Shown: positions 29,584 to 38,635 of the stretch, piece by piece
How the letters are laid out: each line of letters opens with the position of its first letter
Position numbering within the stretch: position 1 is the stretch's first letter
Origin: an uncultured archaeon
GTDB lineage: Archaea > Asgardarchaeota > Heimdallarchaeia > Heimdallarchaeales > Kariarchaeaceae
Length of the DNA: 56,544 bases
Direction: 5' to 3'
Assembly: GCA_964645535.1 (NCBI GenBank)
Contig: CAZYCQ010000004.1
Coordinates: 30,874 to 87,417, forward strand
Position numbers and translations under genes: made by a program
Notes under the pieces: generated by a model
Seen by the model: only the letters and a program-made list of their open reading frames with translations
Told to the model about the DNA's origin: nothing
The model's database searches: none

Positions 29584-30624
29584 ATGACCTCTGAAAAAAG
29601 TTCCAAGACCAAAAAATCCTTTTTCAGAAGAAAAGAAAAGGATCCTGATCAGGAAAAACGAAAACTAGAGTGGGATCCATCAGATGGTCTCCAATGGCAA
29701 GATTTCGCAGGATTGATCATCGGAATTTTCCTCTTCTTCTGGAAACTTCTCAAACTTATCCTTAGCCCCTTCTTCTGGGCGATAGATGAAAACGTCAAGA
29801 TGTGGCGCTTTGCAAGGCAATCTGATACGGAAAGACCTATGAAAGAAGAAGAACGATTGTTTTTCGAATCTATCCCAATAATCTTCGTGATTACTGGACT
29901 TTCTGGAGGTGTCATGCTTGGGATTTTCGTTGCTTTCTCTTTGAGGGGAATATTGGAAGATTTTATCAATAATTTGAATCTAGAGGCATTTTTCGCTTCA
30001 ATCGTTACCGTCATCAAATTCTTCTATGAAGCTATTGTCTGGATAATTTCCGGTATCGGATCGATTTTTACATCCATCTTTAACTTTGTAGTATCCTTAT
30101 TCTCTCAAGATCCATTTGTTGCCTTTTCAGGTCTCCTAGGGATTACCATTCTCTTTGTACTGTTAGTGATCGTCCTCCGAGAAAAAGAAGTGTTTGCCCG
30201 TATACAGGCAATTTTTGTTAAGCTCTTTGAAACAATCATTGGCTCACCGGATCGATTTAGGCTCAAAATGAGCAATTTCTATAGACGAGCCAACCATGCG
30301 GTTACAGTATTTCTGATCGGTGCGGAACGTCTTGAAAAAAGGAAATTGCAGTATTTCAAGAATGTGGCGTTTTATACCCTGTTTACATCATTCTTGGCCT
30401 ATATTGAAGGAATAGTTGTGGCATTCAAATTTACTGATGGATTTGAGGATAGGGCTTTGATTATAGGATATTTTGCCTTTTTCCTTCTTCTTTCAGGCAT
30501 TGGCTCCGGTCTTTTTGTATTCTTCCTTGTTGCCCGGTTCATTGATGCCCTGTCACGGAAGAAATATATTGTTAAGGAAACTGAAACGGAAAAACCAAAT
30601 CCAGAAAAACCTGAATCTGAATAA
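29584..30624 (+). CDS. Multi-pass membrane protein, unknown function
   Basis: About 5-6 hydrophobic segments with charged termini; co-oriented downstream of the ATPase. Confidence 0.8.
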   Translation: MTSEKSSKTKKSFFRRKEKDPDQEKRKLEWDPSDGLQWQDFAGLIIGIFLFFWKLLKLILSPFFWAIDENVKMWRFARQSDTERPMKEEERLFFESIPIIFVITGLSGGVMLGIFVAFSLRGILEDFINNLNLEAFFASIVTVIKFFYEAIVWIISGIGSIFTSIFNFVVSLFSQDPFVAFSGLLGITILFVLLVIVLREKEVFARIQAIFVKLFETIIGSPDRFRLKMSNFYRRANHAVTVFLIGAERLEKRKLQYFKNVAFYTLFTSFLAYIEGIVVAFKFTDGFEDRALIIGYFAFFLLLSGIGSGLFVFFLVARFIDALSRKKYIVKETETEKPNPEKPESE

Positions 30625-30669
30625 TTCCTCTTCCAATTACCTTTAAAATAGGGAAACCGATCTTCTTTC

Positions 30670-31179
30670 GTGAAAACTTCCTATTTTGCGGGTGGATGTT
30701 ATTGGTGTCTTGAAGCTATATTCCGACGGGTTATTGGTGTCAATGAGGTAATATCAGGCATTGCATTGCCAGAACCTGAAAAAGGAAAGAAGGAACCAAG
30801 TGCGGAAGCAGTGAAAATTATCTATAATGACGAAATAGTAGATTTTGAAACACTGGTCTCAATCTTCTTTTCAGTGCATGATCCGACAACTCCAAACAGA
30901 CAAGGGAATGACAATGGCTCTGAATACAGATCTATAGTCTTCTATTCTGATGAAACAGAAAGGAAAGTAATTGAAAGGACTGTGGAGTATCTAATGGAAG
31001 AAAAAATTTTTGAGAAACCCATCGTGACTGAAATCAGAAAACTTCAAACCTTTTCAAAAGCGCCTGAACATCATCAAAGATATTATGAGAAAAATGCAAG
31101 TAACAGCTATTGTACCATGGTCATCTATCCGAAGATTGCCAAATTCAGAGAAAAGTTTGCCCATCTCTACTCAAAATGA
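30670..31179 (+). CDS. msrA: Peptide-methionine (S)-sulfoxide reductase
   Basis: FAGGCYWC, AEAVKI, HDPTTPNRQGND.GSEYRS, APEHHQRYY, YC. Confidence 0.96.
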   Translation: MKTSYFAGGCYWCLEAIFRRVIGVNEVISGIALPEPEKGKKEPSAEAVKIIYNDEIVDFETLVSIFFSVHDPTTPNRQGNDNGSEYRSIVFYSDETERKVIERTVEYLMEEKIFEKPIVTEIRKLQTFSKAPEHHQRYYEKNASNSYCTMVIYPKIAKFREKFAHLYSK

Positions 31180-32324
31180 TCTGTTTGCAGTTCCTCAGGG
31201 TAACTGTTCATGATTCTTCCTTTCAGGGTTTTTCCTTCCCACAAGGACCATCCACATTTTGATTTTACCCATTTCTTGTCCACCTTGGTATCCAGTTCAG
31301 TAGAAATGACTAACTCCCCTTCTGTTGGCTTTAATCCCACTTTTTCAAGCAGTTCTTTCGGCTTCCTATAGGACAGTTGTTCAACATATTTTTTGGAGAT
31401 CTCGTCAGAAAGCCATTTGTCAATCAGAAACATCATGGTTTCCTGTACCCCTGGAGCACCACTTATAGCCGCCTTCTTCTCATCCAATGTGTGCGGCGCA
31501 TGATCTGAAGAAATCGTATGGATCTTTTCGTCCATAAACAGATCATACAATTTCTTGCGATCCTGTTCCGGTCTCAATGGTGGATTCATAATGCCTAGAT
31601 TCCCAAACCTTTTCATATCGTCAAACGAAAATTCAAGGTGTTTTGGGAGCACATCCCATGTAACCTTAGTTTGGGATGAAAGAAGAGTTGCAGCTTCGAA
31701 AGTACTTACATGGGTGATATGCATCGGAAGATCAAATTCATTCTGCAAATCAAGAACTCTTTTCACTGCCTGAATTTCTGCTTCTTTTGGTCGATTCAAG
31801 TGATGCTTGATCCATGACTCTGTTTTTGATATCAGATCTGGTAATTCTGCATGGAAAATCAATAAAGGTCTTTCTGTCGTTTCATCACAAATAAAAGAAA
31901 GGCCTCTGACTAGATTGGCTTCTTCTATCCCCAAATTTCCTGTTGAATTGGCCATGAATACCTTTAATATTTTAGCAACAGAATTCAGTTGTTGCAATTC
32001 TTCAAGGTTCCCGCAATTATAGTCTGTCAATGCGGCTGCTTGAAAGAGTCGAAATTCAATTCCCAACCTTTCAAAAAAGGAGACTTCTTTCTTGATCAAA
32101 TTGTCCTTCACAATATAATGATCATATCTGTCCACCGCAGGAATGGTATTCGGCATTTCCAAGACCGTTCCAATTCCACCCAAATGGGCCGCAATCATCC
32201 CAGTTCTCAAGGTTTCTTTCTGAGTTAACCCCGGCTCCCGAAAATGTACATGGAGATCAATGCCCCTTTTGATGGTTTCCAGATCAATGTTGGAGGTGAA
32301 TTCCTCTTCTTTCACTGATATCAT
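31167..32324 (-). CDS. pyrC: Dihydroorotase
   Basis: IDLHVHFREPG, EMPNT.P, FHAE, HITHVST, MNPPLR, SDHAPH, SKCGWS. Confidence 0.9.
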   Translation of the reverse strand: MISVKEEEFTSNIDLETIKRGIDLHVHFREPGLTQKETLRTGMIAAHLGGIGTVLEMPNTIPAVDRYDHYIVKDNLIKKEVSFFERLGIEFRLFQAAALTDYNCGNLEELQQLNSVAKILKVFMANSTGNLGIEEANLVRGLSFICDETTERPLLIFHAELPDLISKTESWIKHHLNRPKEAEIQAVKRVLDLQNEFDLPMHITHVSTFEAATLLSSQTKVTWDVLPKHLEFSFDDMKRFGNLGIMNPPLRPEQDRKKLYDLFMDEKIHTISSDHAPHTLDEKKAAISGAPGVQETMMFLIDKWLSDEISKKYVEQLSYRKPKELLEKVGLKPTEGELVISTELDTKVDKKWVKSKCGWSLWEGKTLKGRIMNSYPEELQTDHFE

Positions 32325-32357
32325 GAAATCAATTGGAATATTTTAACCATCTTGTGC

Positions 32358-33101
32358 TCAATGTATTGTCTTATAGAAGAAAATCCTCAATAATGCCTCA
32401 TTCAAATCAGCATCTTTGGGGTCTCCTTCCCATTCGATTGCCTTGTCGATGCAGATGATACGTGTGGTATAGTCCCTTAAGAGCTGAAGATCATGGTGAA
32501 CCGCAACAATTGTTAAACCATAATTTCGGTTCAGTGATTTCAGAATCTCCATAAATTTAATTGTCATTCGTATATCCAATGCAGAAGTTGGTTCATCCAA
32601 TAGAATCAAAAGAGGGTCACGGGCAAGTGCTTGTGCCAACATTACTCGTTGCAGTTGACCTCCGCTTAGTTGCCCTATAGGACGGTCTGCCAAGTGCAAG
32701 AGATCAGTCTCTTTTAGGATTTCATTGACTCGATTGAGATCTTCTTTCCTAGGCCTCTTGAGCAAGCCAATCCTTCCATATCTTCCCATCATCACAACAT
32801 CTTTCACTCTTGCTGGAAATTCCGGTTTCAATTGTTGAAGTTGCGGCATATAACCGATTTTCAGTAAATTCTCCTTCATCAAGGGTTTTCCAAGAATACG
32901 CACGTTCCCTGCCTTTGGTTGAACTAATCCCAGAATTGATTTCAGCAAGGTGGTCTTTCCTGACCCGTTGGGACCACAGATACCTACCATTTCACCTCGG
33001 CTTATTTCCAGATTAATGTCACACAGAACATCTCTTCCGTTATATGAGACATATAGGTGTTCCAACTCCACTATGTGTTCACTGTTACCCATCACTTTCA
33101 C
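32358..33101 (-). CDS. Zn/Mn ABC transporter ATP-binding subunit (ZnuC-like)
   Basis: GPNGSGKTT, GYMPQ, LSGGQLQR, LLDEP, HHDL. Confidence 0.95.
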   Translation of the reverse strand: MKVMGNSEHIVELEHLYVSYNGRDVLCDINLEISRGEMVGICGPNGSGKTTLLKSILGLVQPKAGNVRILGKPLMKENLLKIGYMPQLQQLKPEFPARVKDVVMMGRYGRIGLLKRPRKEDLNRVNEILKETDLLHLADRPIGQLSGGQLQRVMLAQALARDPLLILLDEPTSALDIRMTIKFMEILKSLNRNYGLTIVAVHHDLQLLRDYTTRIICIDKAIEWEGDPKDADLNEALLRIFFYKTIH

Positions 33102-34060
33102 TTTTCCTCCGTTCCAGGATATATTGACTTCAAGTGTTCCGAAAATTTCGAAATGCCTTCCGTTTGTCCATGAAAATGTGGTAATGGTTCATGATCAAAA
33201 CCTATTGGTTCTTTTCTGCTCAACAATTTGATCAGGCCTGTTCTTTTGGGAGAAATAGAATAGACCAGAACAAAAACCATCGTGGAAAGAAGGACAATCG
33301 TGGCTCCAGATGGTAAATCATAGAGGAATGAAAGAACCAAGCCTCCCACTGATGAAAAAATTCCAAATCCAATGGACAAAAGTATCATCTTATCAAAATT
33401 GTAGGTCAATTGATAGGCAGTTGCAGCAGGTATGACCAACATGGCAAAAACTAGAATGGCTCCTATTGCGAAAATTGAGACATCTATTGCCATGGCGATT
33501 AACACCAAAAAAATGTAGTTCAAGAGAGTAATTGGTATCCCGGATATTCTTGCCAAATCCTTATCAAATGAAAGAAGGTAAAATTCCTTCTTGAAAAGCC
33601 AGATCACAGCAACAGTTATGATGGAGAAAAGAATCAGCAGATTTACGTTTCTTTGTGTTATCAAAAGTATTCTCCCAAAAAGAATGGCTTGCACATTTGA
33701 TGAAAATGATGGAAGAAGTCCAATGAAAAAAATCCCCAATCCCATAAATGAAGAGAAGAATATCGCAACAATGATTTCATCGTTTGTCTTTTCCAATTCG
33801 TTTGATTTACCGATGCCTAAGGCGGTTATGATCCCAAATGCAAGAACGACCAATAACGGATCGGAAAAACCCAAAAGAAGAGCTAAGGCTGCACCAGCAA
33901 ATGCAGAATGGGCAATTGCTTCCCCTATAAATACCATCCCTCTAAGAATAATGAACACTCCAATCAGAGAACAGATTAGCCCAATCAAGATTGCAGCAAG
34001 GACTGTTCTCTGCATCCAACCATATTGAAGAACATCAAAAAAATCATTGAGTGTAGCCAT
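33098..34060 (-). CDS. Zn/Mn ABC transporter permease (ZnuB-like)
   Basis: GEAIAHSAFAG, ILFG, SFD..LARISG, VIPAATA, DLPSGATI. Confidence 0.95.
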   Translation of the reverse strand: MATLNDFFDVLQYGWMQRTVLAAILIGLICSLIGVFIILRGMVFIGEAIAHSAFAGAALALLLGFSDPLLVVLAFGIITALGIGKSNELEKTNDEIIVAIFFSSFMGLGIFFIGLLPSFSSNVQAILFGRILLITQRNVNLLILFSIITVAVIWLFKKEFYLLSFDKDLARISGIPITLLNYIFLVLIAMAIDVSIFAIGAILVFAMLVIPAATAYQLTYNFDKMILLSIGFGIFSSVGGLVLSFLYDLPSGATIVLLSTMVFVLVYSISPKRTGLIKLLSRKEPIGFDHEPLPHFHGQTEGISKFSEHLKSIYPGTEEK

Positions 34061-34061
34061 T

Positions 34062-35021
34062 TCAAATCATTCTCCTTCTTTTTCTGACCCCAGAAAGAAA
34101 GACCATGGCAAAAACAAAAGAAACTGTCCAAATTGGTGTGTCCATTACCTTAGTGTTTGGATCTTCTGGATTGAGAATATGATCAAGGTTGGTTTCCATC
34201 ATTTTGAAATATCCTGTTCCATTGATCTCTGTCGGATTTACATTCAAATAACTAATTCTTGCTCCTGTCTTTGATGCTAGCTCTACAACATCACTTCCTG
34301 CCTGAACCTCACTTGCTATGATTTGGGTGATGTTTTCTGCCCTCATCAAATCGACAAGATCTTGGATATGGCTTGGACTTGGATCCACTCCTTCCTTCTC
34401 CTCTATTGCTCCAACCCGTTCAATTCCGAGTAAATCAAGCAAATAAAAGAACGCAGGATGATCGACCACTACTTTCATTCCCTGCAATGCTTTCTTTGTA
34501 CTATTGATCTTTTCCATCAATGAATCCAGTCTCGCTTGCACCTTTTCTAGCCCTTTTTCTGAAATTTGAAATAGATCCTGAAATTTCTCGAAAATAAGTG
34601 TCGCCACTTCTTTCATGACAAGGGGCGATAACCAATAATGTGGATTGAGTTCATCTACCAATGGATCATGCTTAAGAAATCTATCTGATTCAATTTGGAA
34701 AACCTTGGACGCAAATTCTGGATTGTCATCCAGAAAATCTTGAAACCATCCATCGAACTCTTCCTGACCTGTGGTAATGATTAAATCAGCCTCTGTTAAG
34801 GCCGTCAGATCCGATGGGGTAGGTTCATAATTATGAGGATCTACTGATCCTGAAATCAATGTTGTTACTTCAACATTGTCTTCTCCAATTCCTTTTGCCA
34901 TGTCTCCCAAAAAAGAAAGAGTTGTAACTACCTTGTGTTCTCCTTGGGTAGCTGATCCCCCAATTCCGGTCATTCCTCCTCCAATTAAAAGAAGTGAGAC
35001 AATGAATGTCCAAAATCGCAT
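34062..35021 (-). CDS. Zn/Mn ABC transporter substrate-binding protein (ZnuA/TroA-like) with a C-terminal membrane anchor
   Basis: Signal peptide, DPHNYEPTPSD, NPHYWLSP, HPAFFY; C-terminal hydrophobic stretch followed by RKRRR. Confidence 0.95.
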   Translation of the reverse strand: MRFWTFIVSLLLIGGGMTGIGGSATQGEHKVVTTLSFLGDMAKGIGEDNVEVTTLISGSVDPHNYEPTPSDLTALTEADLIITTGQEEFDGWFQDFLDDNPEFASKVFQIESDRFLKHDPLVDELNPHYWLSPLVMKEVATLIFEKFQDLFQISEKGLEKVQARLDSLMEKINSTKKALQGMKVVVDHPAFFYLLDLLGIERVGAIEEKEGVDPSPSHIQDLVDLMRAENITQIIASEVQAGSDVVELASKTGARISYLNVNPTEINGTGYFKMMETNLDHILNPEDPNTKVMDTPIWTVSFVFAMVFLSGVRKRRRMI

Positions 35022-35024
35022 AGG

Positions 35025-35092
35025 TTACGAATGATCGTAAATTATTTAACTATTTCGAAAAAATATACTTTAAGTTGTGAAAAATTACAACT
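35025..35092. promoter_or_regulatory. Divergent promoter region with two inverted repeats (candidate DtxR/MntR operators)
   Basis: TTACGA-atga-TCGTAA (35025-35040) and AGTTGT-N8-ACAACT (35073-35092), with a TATA-like TTTAAATA directly after. Confidence 0.5.
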
Positions 35093-35123
35093 CTTTAAAT
35101 ATATTTGGGGAGATATACAATTA

Positions 35124-35561
35124 ATGTTGTCTCTGGTTCAGGATAAGGAGGCAAAGGTTCTCATTTTCCTTCTTGAATGGGGTCGACCCGTCAGAGTGGG
35201 AGAAATGAAACGCTATCTTGAATTCCCTCATTCAACCCTTAACTCGATTGTCAAAAGACTTGAAGGCAAAGGGTATGTCGATTGGGAAGAGTATTCAAAT
35301 GTTTCTCTTACGGATTTGGGTGAAAAAACCGCCATCCACCTTCTGAAACATCATAATATCATGCATCATTATTTGGTGAATACATTAGGTATAAAAGATC
35401 AAATTGCTCATGAAGACAGTCTGAAAGTAGCAGGAATCATTTCATGTGAAGTAATTGAGGCAATGAAAAAATCGAATGAATCATGCGACTTGGATGTTTG
35501 CAAGGTGATCCTGAAGGATGCCGTACCTTTTGTCAACAAGGATGAGCTGGAAATTTGTTAA
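35124..35561 (+). CDS. DtxR/MntR-family metal-dependent regulator
   Basis: wHTH (STLNSIVKRLEGKGYV..EEY..VSLTDLG) and dimerisation domain KHH.IMHHYL..TLG...AHED; divergent from the ABC operon. Confidence 0.92.
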   Translation: MLSLVQDKEAKVLIFLLEWGRPVRVGEMKRYLEFPHSTLNSIVKRLEGKGYVDWEEYSNVSLTDLGEKTAIHLLKHHNIMHHYLVNTLGIKDQIAHEDSLKVAGIISCEVIEAMKKSNESCDLDVCKVILKDAVPFVNKDELEIC

Positions 35562-35606
35562 TTGAAGCATTTTAATAGGTTCAAACAAATAATCAATTGA
35601 AATTCA

Positions 35607-36020
35607 ATGGATCATTGTCCTGATTGTGGAAGATTGCTTCGAAACGCAGTTTGTTCCAATTGTTCACAGATTGTTCTATTCGAGAAGAAGCAAAATATGG
35701 CTTGTCGCAACTGTGGAAACAGAAAATTGATCCCGTTGTCCTCTACTCGATCAATCTGTGAATTCTGCCAATATCGCTATCTTTTCACAAAAAACATGAA
35801 AAGAATAAACATAGGGGAAATCTTGAGAAGCATTGAACTGATCTGCAATGACTGTGGATTTAAAGTCCATTATCAAGCACTTTCAGATGAATTTGTATGT
35901 TCAAACTGTGGTCTTGTTGCAGAGGACGTCATTGCAATTGAAGACGACAAAAAGGTCAGAACATTTCGCCCAACACTGAATTCACAACTTGACCGATATT
36001 TCCCACTTAATTCTGACTGA
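35607..36020 (+). CDS. Triple zinc-ribbon protein; the last ribbon is TFIIB-like
   Basis: Six CxxC motifs (CPDC, CSNC, CRNC, CEFC, CNDC, CSNC); EFVCSNCGLVAED. Confidence 0.75.
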   Translation: MDHCPDCGRLLRNAVCSNCSQIVLFEKKQNMACRNCGNRKLIPLSSTRSICEFCQYRYLFTKNMKRINIGEILRSIELICNDCGFKVHYQALSDEFVCSNCGLVAEDVIAIEDDKKVRTFRPTLNSQLDRYFPLNSD

Positions 36021-36408
36021 AACCATTCCTTATTTTTTCAGCAATTTCTGATAGCTCTTCAGTAGGCACTTGTTTTGCATTGGCTGGGTTCAACTGTCCG
36101 GCCTTATCGATGGGAATTAAATGGACATGGGCATGCGGCACTTCGAATCCTTCAACTGCTATCCCTATCCTTTTTGCTCCAACCGATTTTCGAAGTGGTT
36201 CGGAAACCTGTTTAACAATAGACATCAGTTCTTGGTAATCATTGGTCTCCATGTCGAAAAGATAATCGACATGAAATTTTGGAATGACTAAGGAATGGCC
36301 TCTGTTTATTGGCCGAATATCAAGAAACATCATGAAACGATCATTTTCCCAAACTTTGAATGAGGGTATGCTTCCGTCAACAATTTTACAGAATATACAG
36401 TCAGTCAT
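36007..36408 (-). CDS. HIT family hydrolase
   Basis: DCIFCKI, FLDIRP..GHSLVIPK.H, VPHAHVHLIP. Confidence 0.96.
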   Translation of the reverse strand: MTDCIFCKIVDGSIPSFKVWENDRFMMFLDIRPINRGHSLVIPKFHVDYLFDMETNDYQELMSIVKQVSEPLRKSVGAKRIGIAVEGFEVPHAHVHLIPIDKAGQLNPANAKQVPTEELSEIAEKIRNGFSQN

Positions 36409-36473
36409 AATCCCACATCCTTTGTATGCAATTTAAGGTTTAAATGAATCCCATGTACAAATCCCCAGCATTT

Positions 36474-36863
36474 CTAGTGAAAGAATCTTGATGAGCGTTT
36501 GTTGACTCCCAATATCCAAATTCGAAATATGACTGAAAAAAGAATCACAAGATTGCCCGGTGATAGTATTGACATGATGAAAAAATCAATCAGGGAGAAA
36601 ACAAGAAAAATCTGCCTGACTTTATCTTTGAAACTTGACAACCATGTAGTTAAGATCATGGTACCAAAGGAAAAAAGTAGAATGTAAACAGCGGGAAGAA
36701 ACAGTCCAGATGTAATTGCAACGACAATAAGGTAAAGATAGTAAAATACTATGAACAAATTGTAAAAAAAGAACAGTTTAATCCTGAAAAGCAAATCTGG
36801 TCTTGAGAAAAGGGAAATGGTCTGTTCAATATTTCCTTTCAAATGAAAGGGAGAGGTTTCCAT
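36474..36863 (-). CDS. Small membrane protein, unknown function
   Basis: 129 aa, about 4 hydrophobic helices, ATG start. Confidence 0.6.
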   Translation of the reverse strand: METSPFHLKGNIEQTISLFSRPDLLFRIKLFFFYNLFIVFYYLYLIVVAITSGLFLPAVYILLFSFGTMILTTWLSSFKDKVRQIFLVFSLIDFFIMSILSPGNLVILFSVIFRIWILGVNKRSSRFFH

Positions 36864-36985
36864 GATTAGTCTACTAAATAGTGCTTAAAACTTTGAAGAT
36901 AAGAGCTCAGAAGGAACCATGGGATTCCATTCACAATTTAAAGTAATGAAAAAAATTTAAATCCTCTGTGATTATTTATAATTAA

Positions 36986-37393
36986 ATGAAAATCAGAGAT
37001 TTACAAATTGACGATGAATATTTTACCGTCAATCACAATGAAACAGTTTTGGAACTTGCCAGAAAAATCACTGAAACTGGCATTCCCGATGCTGTTGTAT
37101 TGAAAGAGAACAAACCTGTGGGGGTTGTTGATGATTTTGATATTGTTTCAAAATGTGTTGCGGAAAATAAAGACCCCGCTAACACTTCTGTTGAGGAAAT
37201 TATGCATGCCCCACCTTTTGTTACCCCAGACCATGATCTAAAAAGATTGGAACAAATTTTTGAAGAAATGGATCCTTCAATAGTTCCTGTGGTAGACGAT
37301 CACCAAAACCTACTTGGTGTAGCGACATTATTTGATCTTCTTTCTGTACAACAACCCAAGAAAAAGAAACTTTTCAATTTTGGAGGGAAATGA
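36986..37393 (+). CDS. CBS-pair (Bateman) protein
   Basis: VVL...PVGVVDDFDI, VEEIM..PPFVTPD, VPVVDD...LLGVATLFDL. Confidence 0.92.
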   Translation: MKIRDLQIDDEYFTVNHNETVLELARKITETGIPDAVVLKENKPVGVVDDFDIVSKCVAENKDPANTSVEEIMHAPPFVTPDHDLKRLEQIFEEMDPSIVPVVDDHQNLLGVATLFDLLSVQQPKKKKLFNFGGK

Positions 37394-38563
37394 ATGAGAG
37401 GAGGTCGAGGATCTAGAGGTGGTTCACGAGGCGGAGGGCGGAGTAGATCATACCGCTCTTCCAGTAGAAGATATTACCGAAATAGAAGACGATATGGCAA
37501 TACCTACATTTTTGGTGGGTATTATGGAGGAAGCCATTCAACCACAACCTTGGGTAGACGAGGGAGCCTGATCCTTCTCTTTGTGTTCCTAGGTATCATT
37601 TACCTTATCGGCTCTTTAATTGCCTATGGTGTCTTATCATCCCCTACAACAGATCGTGTTTTCCTGGAACCAGGAAGACAAAAGCTAGTGGAACTCCCCT
37701 CCAATTTGAAATCTGCCCATATTGTATTTCCCGGAGATATTTACATAATGGATACTGCTCCTACAACCTCTGGAACTTCAACCATTCCAAATAGACTTTC
37801 AGAAACAGTTCCTTCCGATTCCTATGTCTACTGGCAAATTTCCGTTTCAACGGGAACTGTTGTCGATGTCCTTTGGACTGCTTCGGGATCCCTTTCCGTT
37901 TACCTTTTGGAAGGTCTGTCAGAATTCAATCGTTGGGTTGATGGAGAGACTCCTGCGGGCTCATTTATTGATTCTGGATCTTCTGGAAGCTTTTCATATA
38001 CCGCATCACGCAATATCGATATTTATGTGGCTTTTGAAAATCCGGGTTTCGGAAACCCCACAATTCAATTGACCAGAACAATCACCATCAAAGAACCAAG
38101 ATATGATACCTCACAAGGTACACATTTCAAAGGTGAGGCAAATGTTGATTTGCAAAATACAAAGTTTGTGATTCTAGAAAATAATGAACAAACTGATTTG
38201 GAAGCAATTATTACAAAAGAGAAGGAATTTACTCCTCGCCAATTCCAAATCACATGGGGTATCCTTACTTTATCCCTGATTTTTCTGGCAATATTTGTCC
38301 TGATCAAATTTGGAGATGATAAACCAAGGGCTGTTGCCTCTCAGCCTATGACCCCTGTTCCGGCAAGTCCGTCCGTTCAGATTCAACAAACATCATGGGC
38401 TGCCTCTCCAACCCAAACGACTTCATGGGGGGCTCCACCCACCCAACCTAATTCATGGACTGCACCGATGGTAAGACCCGAACCAAAATACTGTCCCAGC
38501 TGTTTATCACCAATTCTTGCATCGGATAAATTTTGTGGATCATGTGGCGTGAATCTTAGTTAA
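37394..38563 (+). CDS. Two-TM membrane protein: RGG/RS-rich N-tail, beta-rich extracytoplasmic domain (APD1-4/GOLD-like), Pro-rich repeats and a C-terminal zinc ribbon
   Basis: MRGGRGSRGGSRGGGRSRS..., two TM helices, CPSC..FCGSCG. The start abuts the CBS stop (TGA-ATG). Confidence 0.8.
   Translation: MRGGRGSRGGSRGGGRSRSYRSSSRRYYRNRRRYGNTYIFGGYYGGSHSTTTLGRRGSLILLFVFLGIIYLIGSLIAYGVLSSPTTDRVFLEPGRQKLVELPSNLKSAHIVFPGDIYIMDTAPTTSGTSTIPNRLSETVPSDSYVYWQISVSTGTVVDVLWTASGSLSVYLLEGLSEFNRWVDGETPAGSFIDSGSSGSFSYTASRNIDIYVAFENPGFGNPTIQLTRTITIKEPRYDTSQGTHFKGEANVDLQNTKFVILENNEQTDLEAIITKEKEFTPRQFQITWGILTLSLIFLAIFVLIKFGDDKPRAVASQPMTPVPASPSVQIQQTSWAASPTQTTSWGAPPTQPNSWTAPMVRPEPKYCPSCLSPILASDKFCGSCGVNLS
38384..38467 (+). 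repeat. Degenerate 30-bp coding repeat, 3 copies (QQTSWAASPT / QTTSWGAPPT / QPNSWTAP)
   Basis: tcatgg recurs at 30-bp spacing. Confidence 0.8.
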
Positions 38564-38635
38564 AATTTCCTTCAACTGCATGCAAATATAAAAAAGTTAT
38601 AAACAATTAAACCAAATTTTGATTGGAGGATTGGA

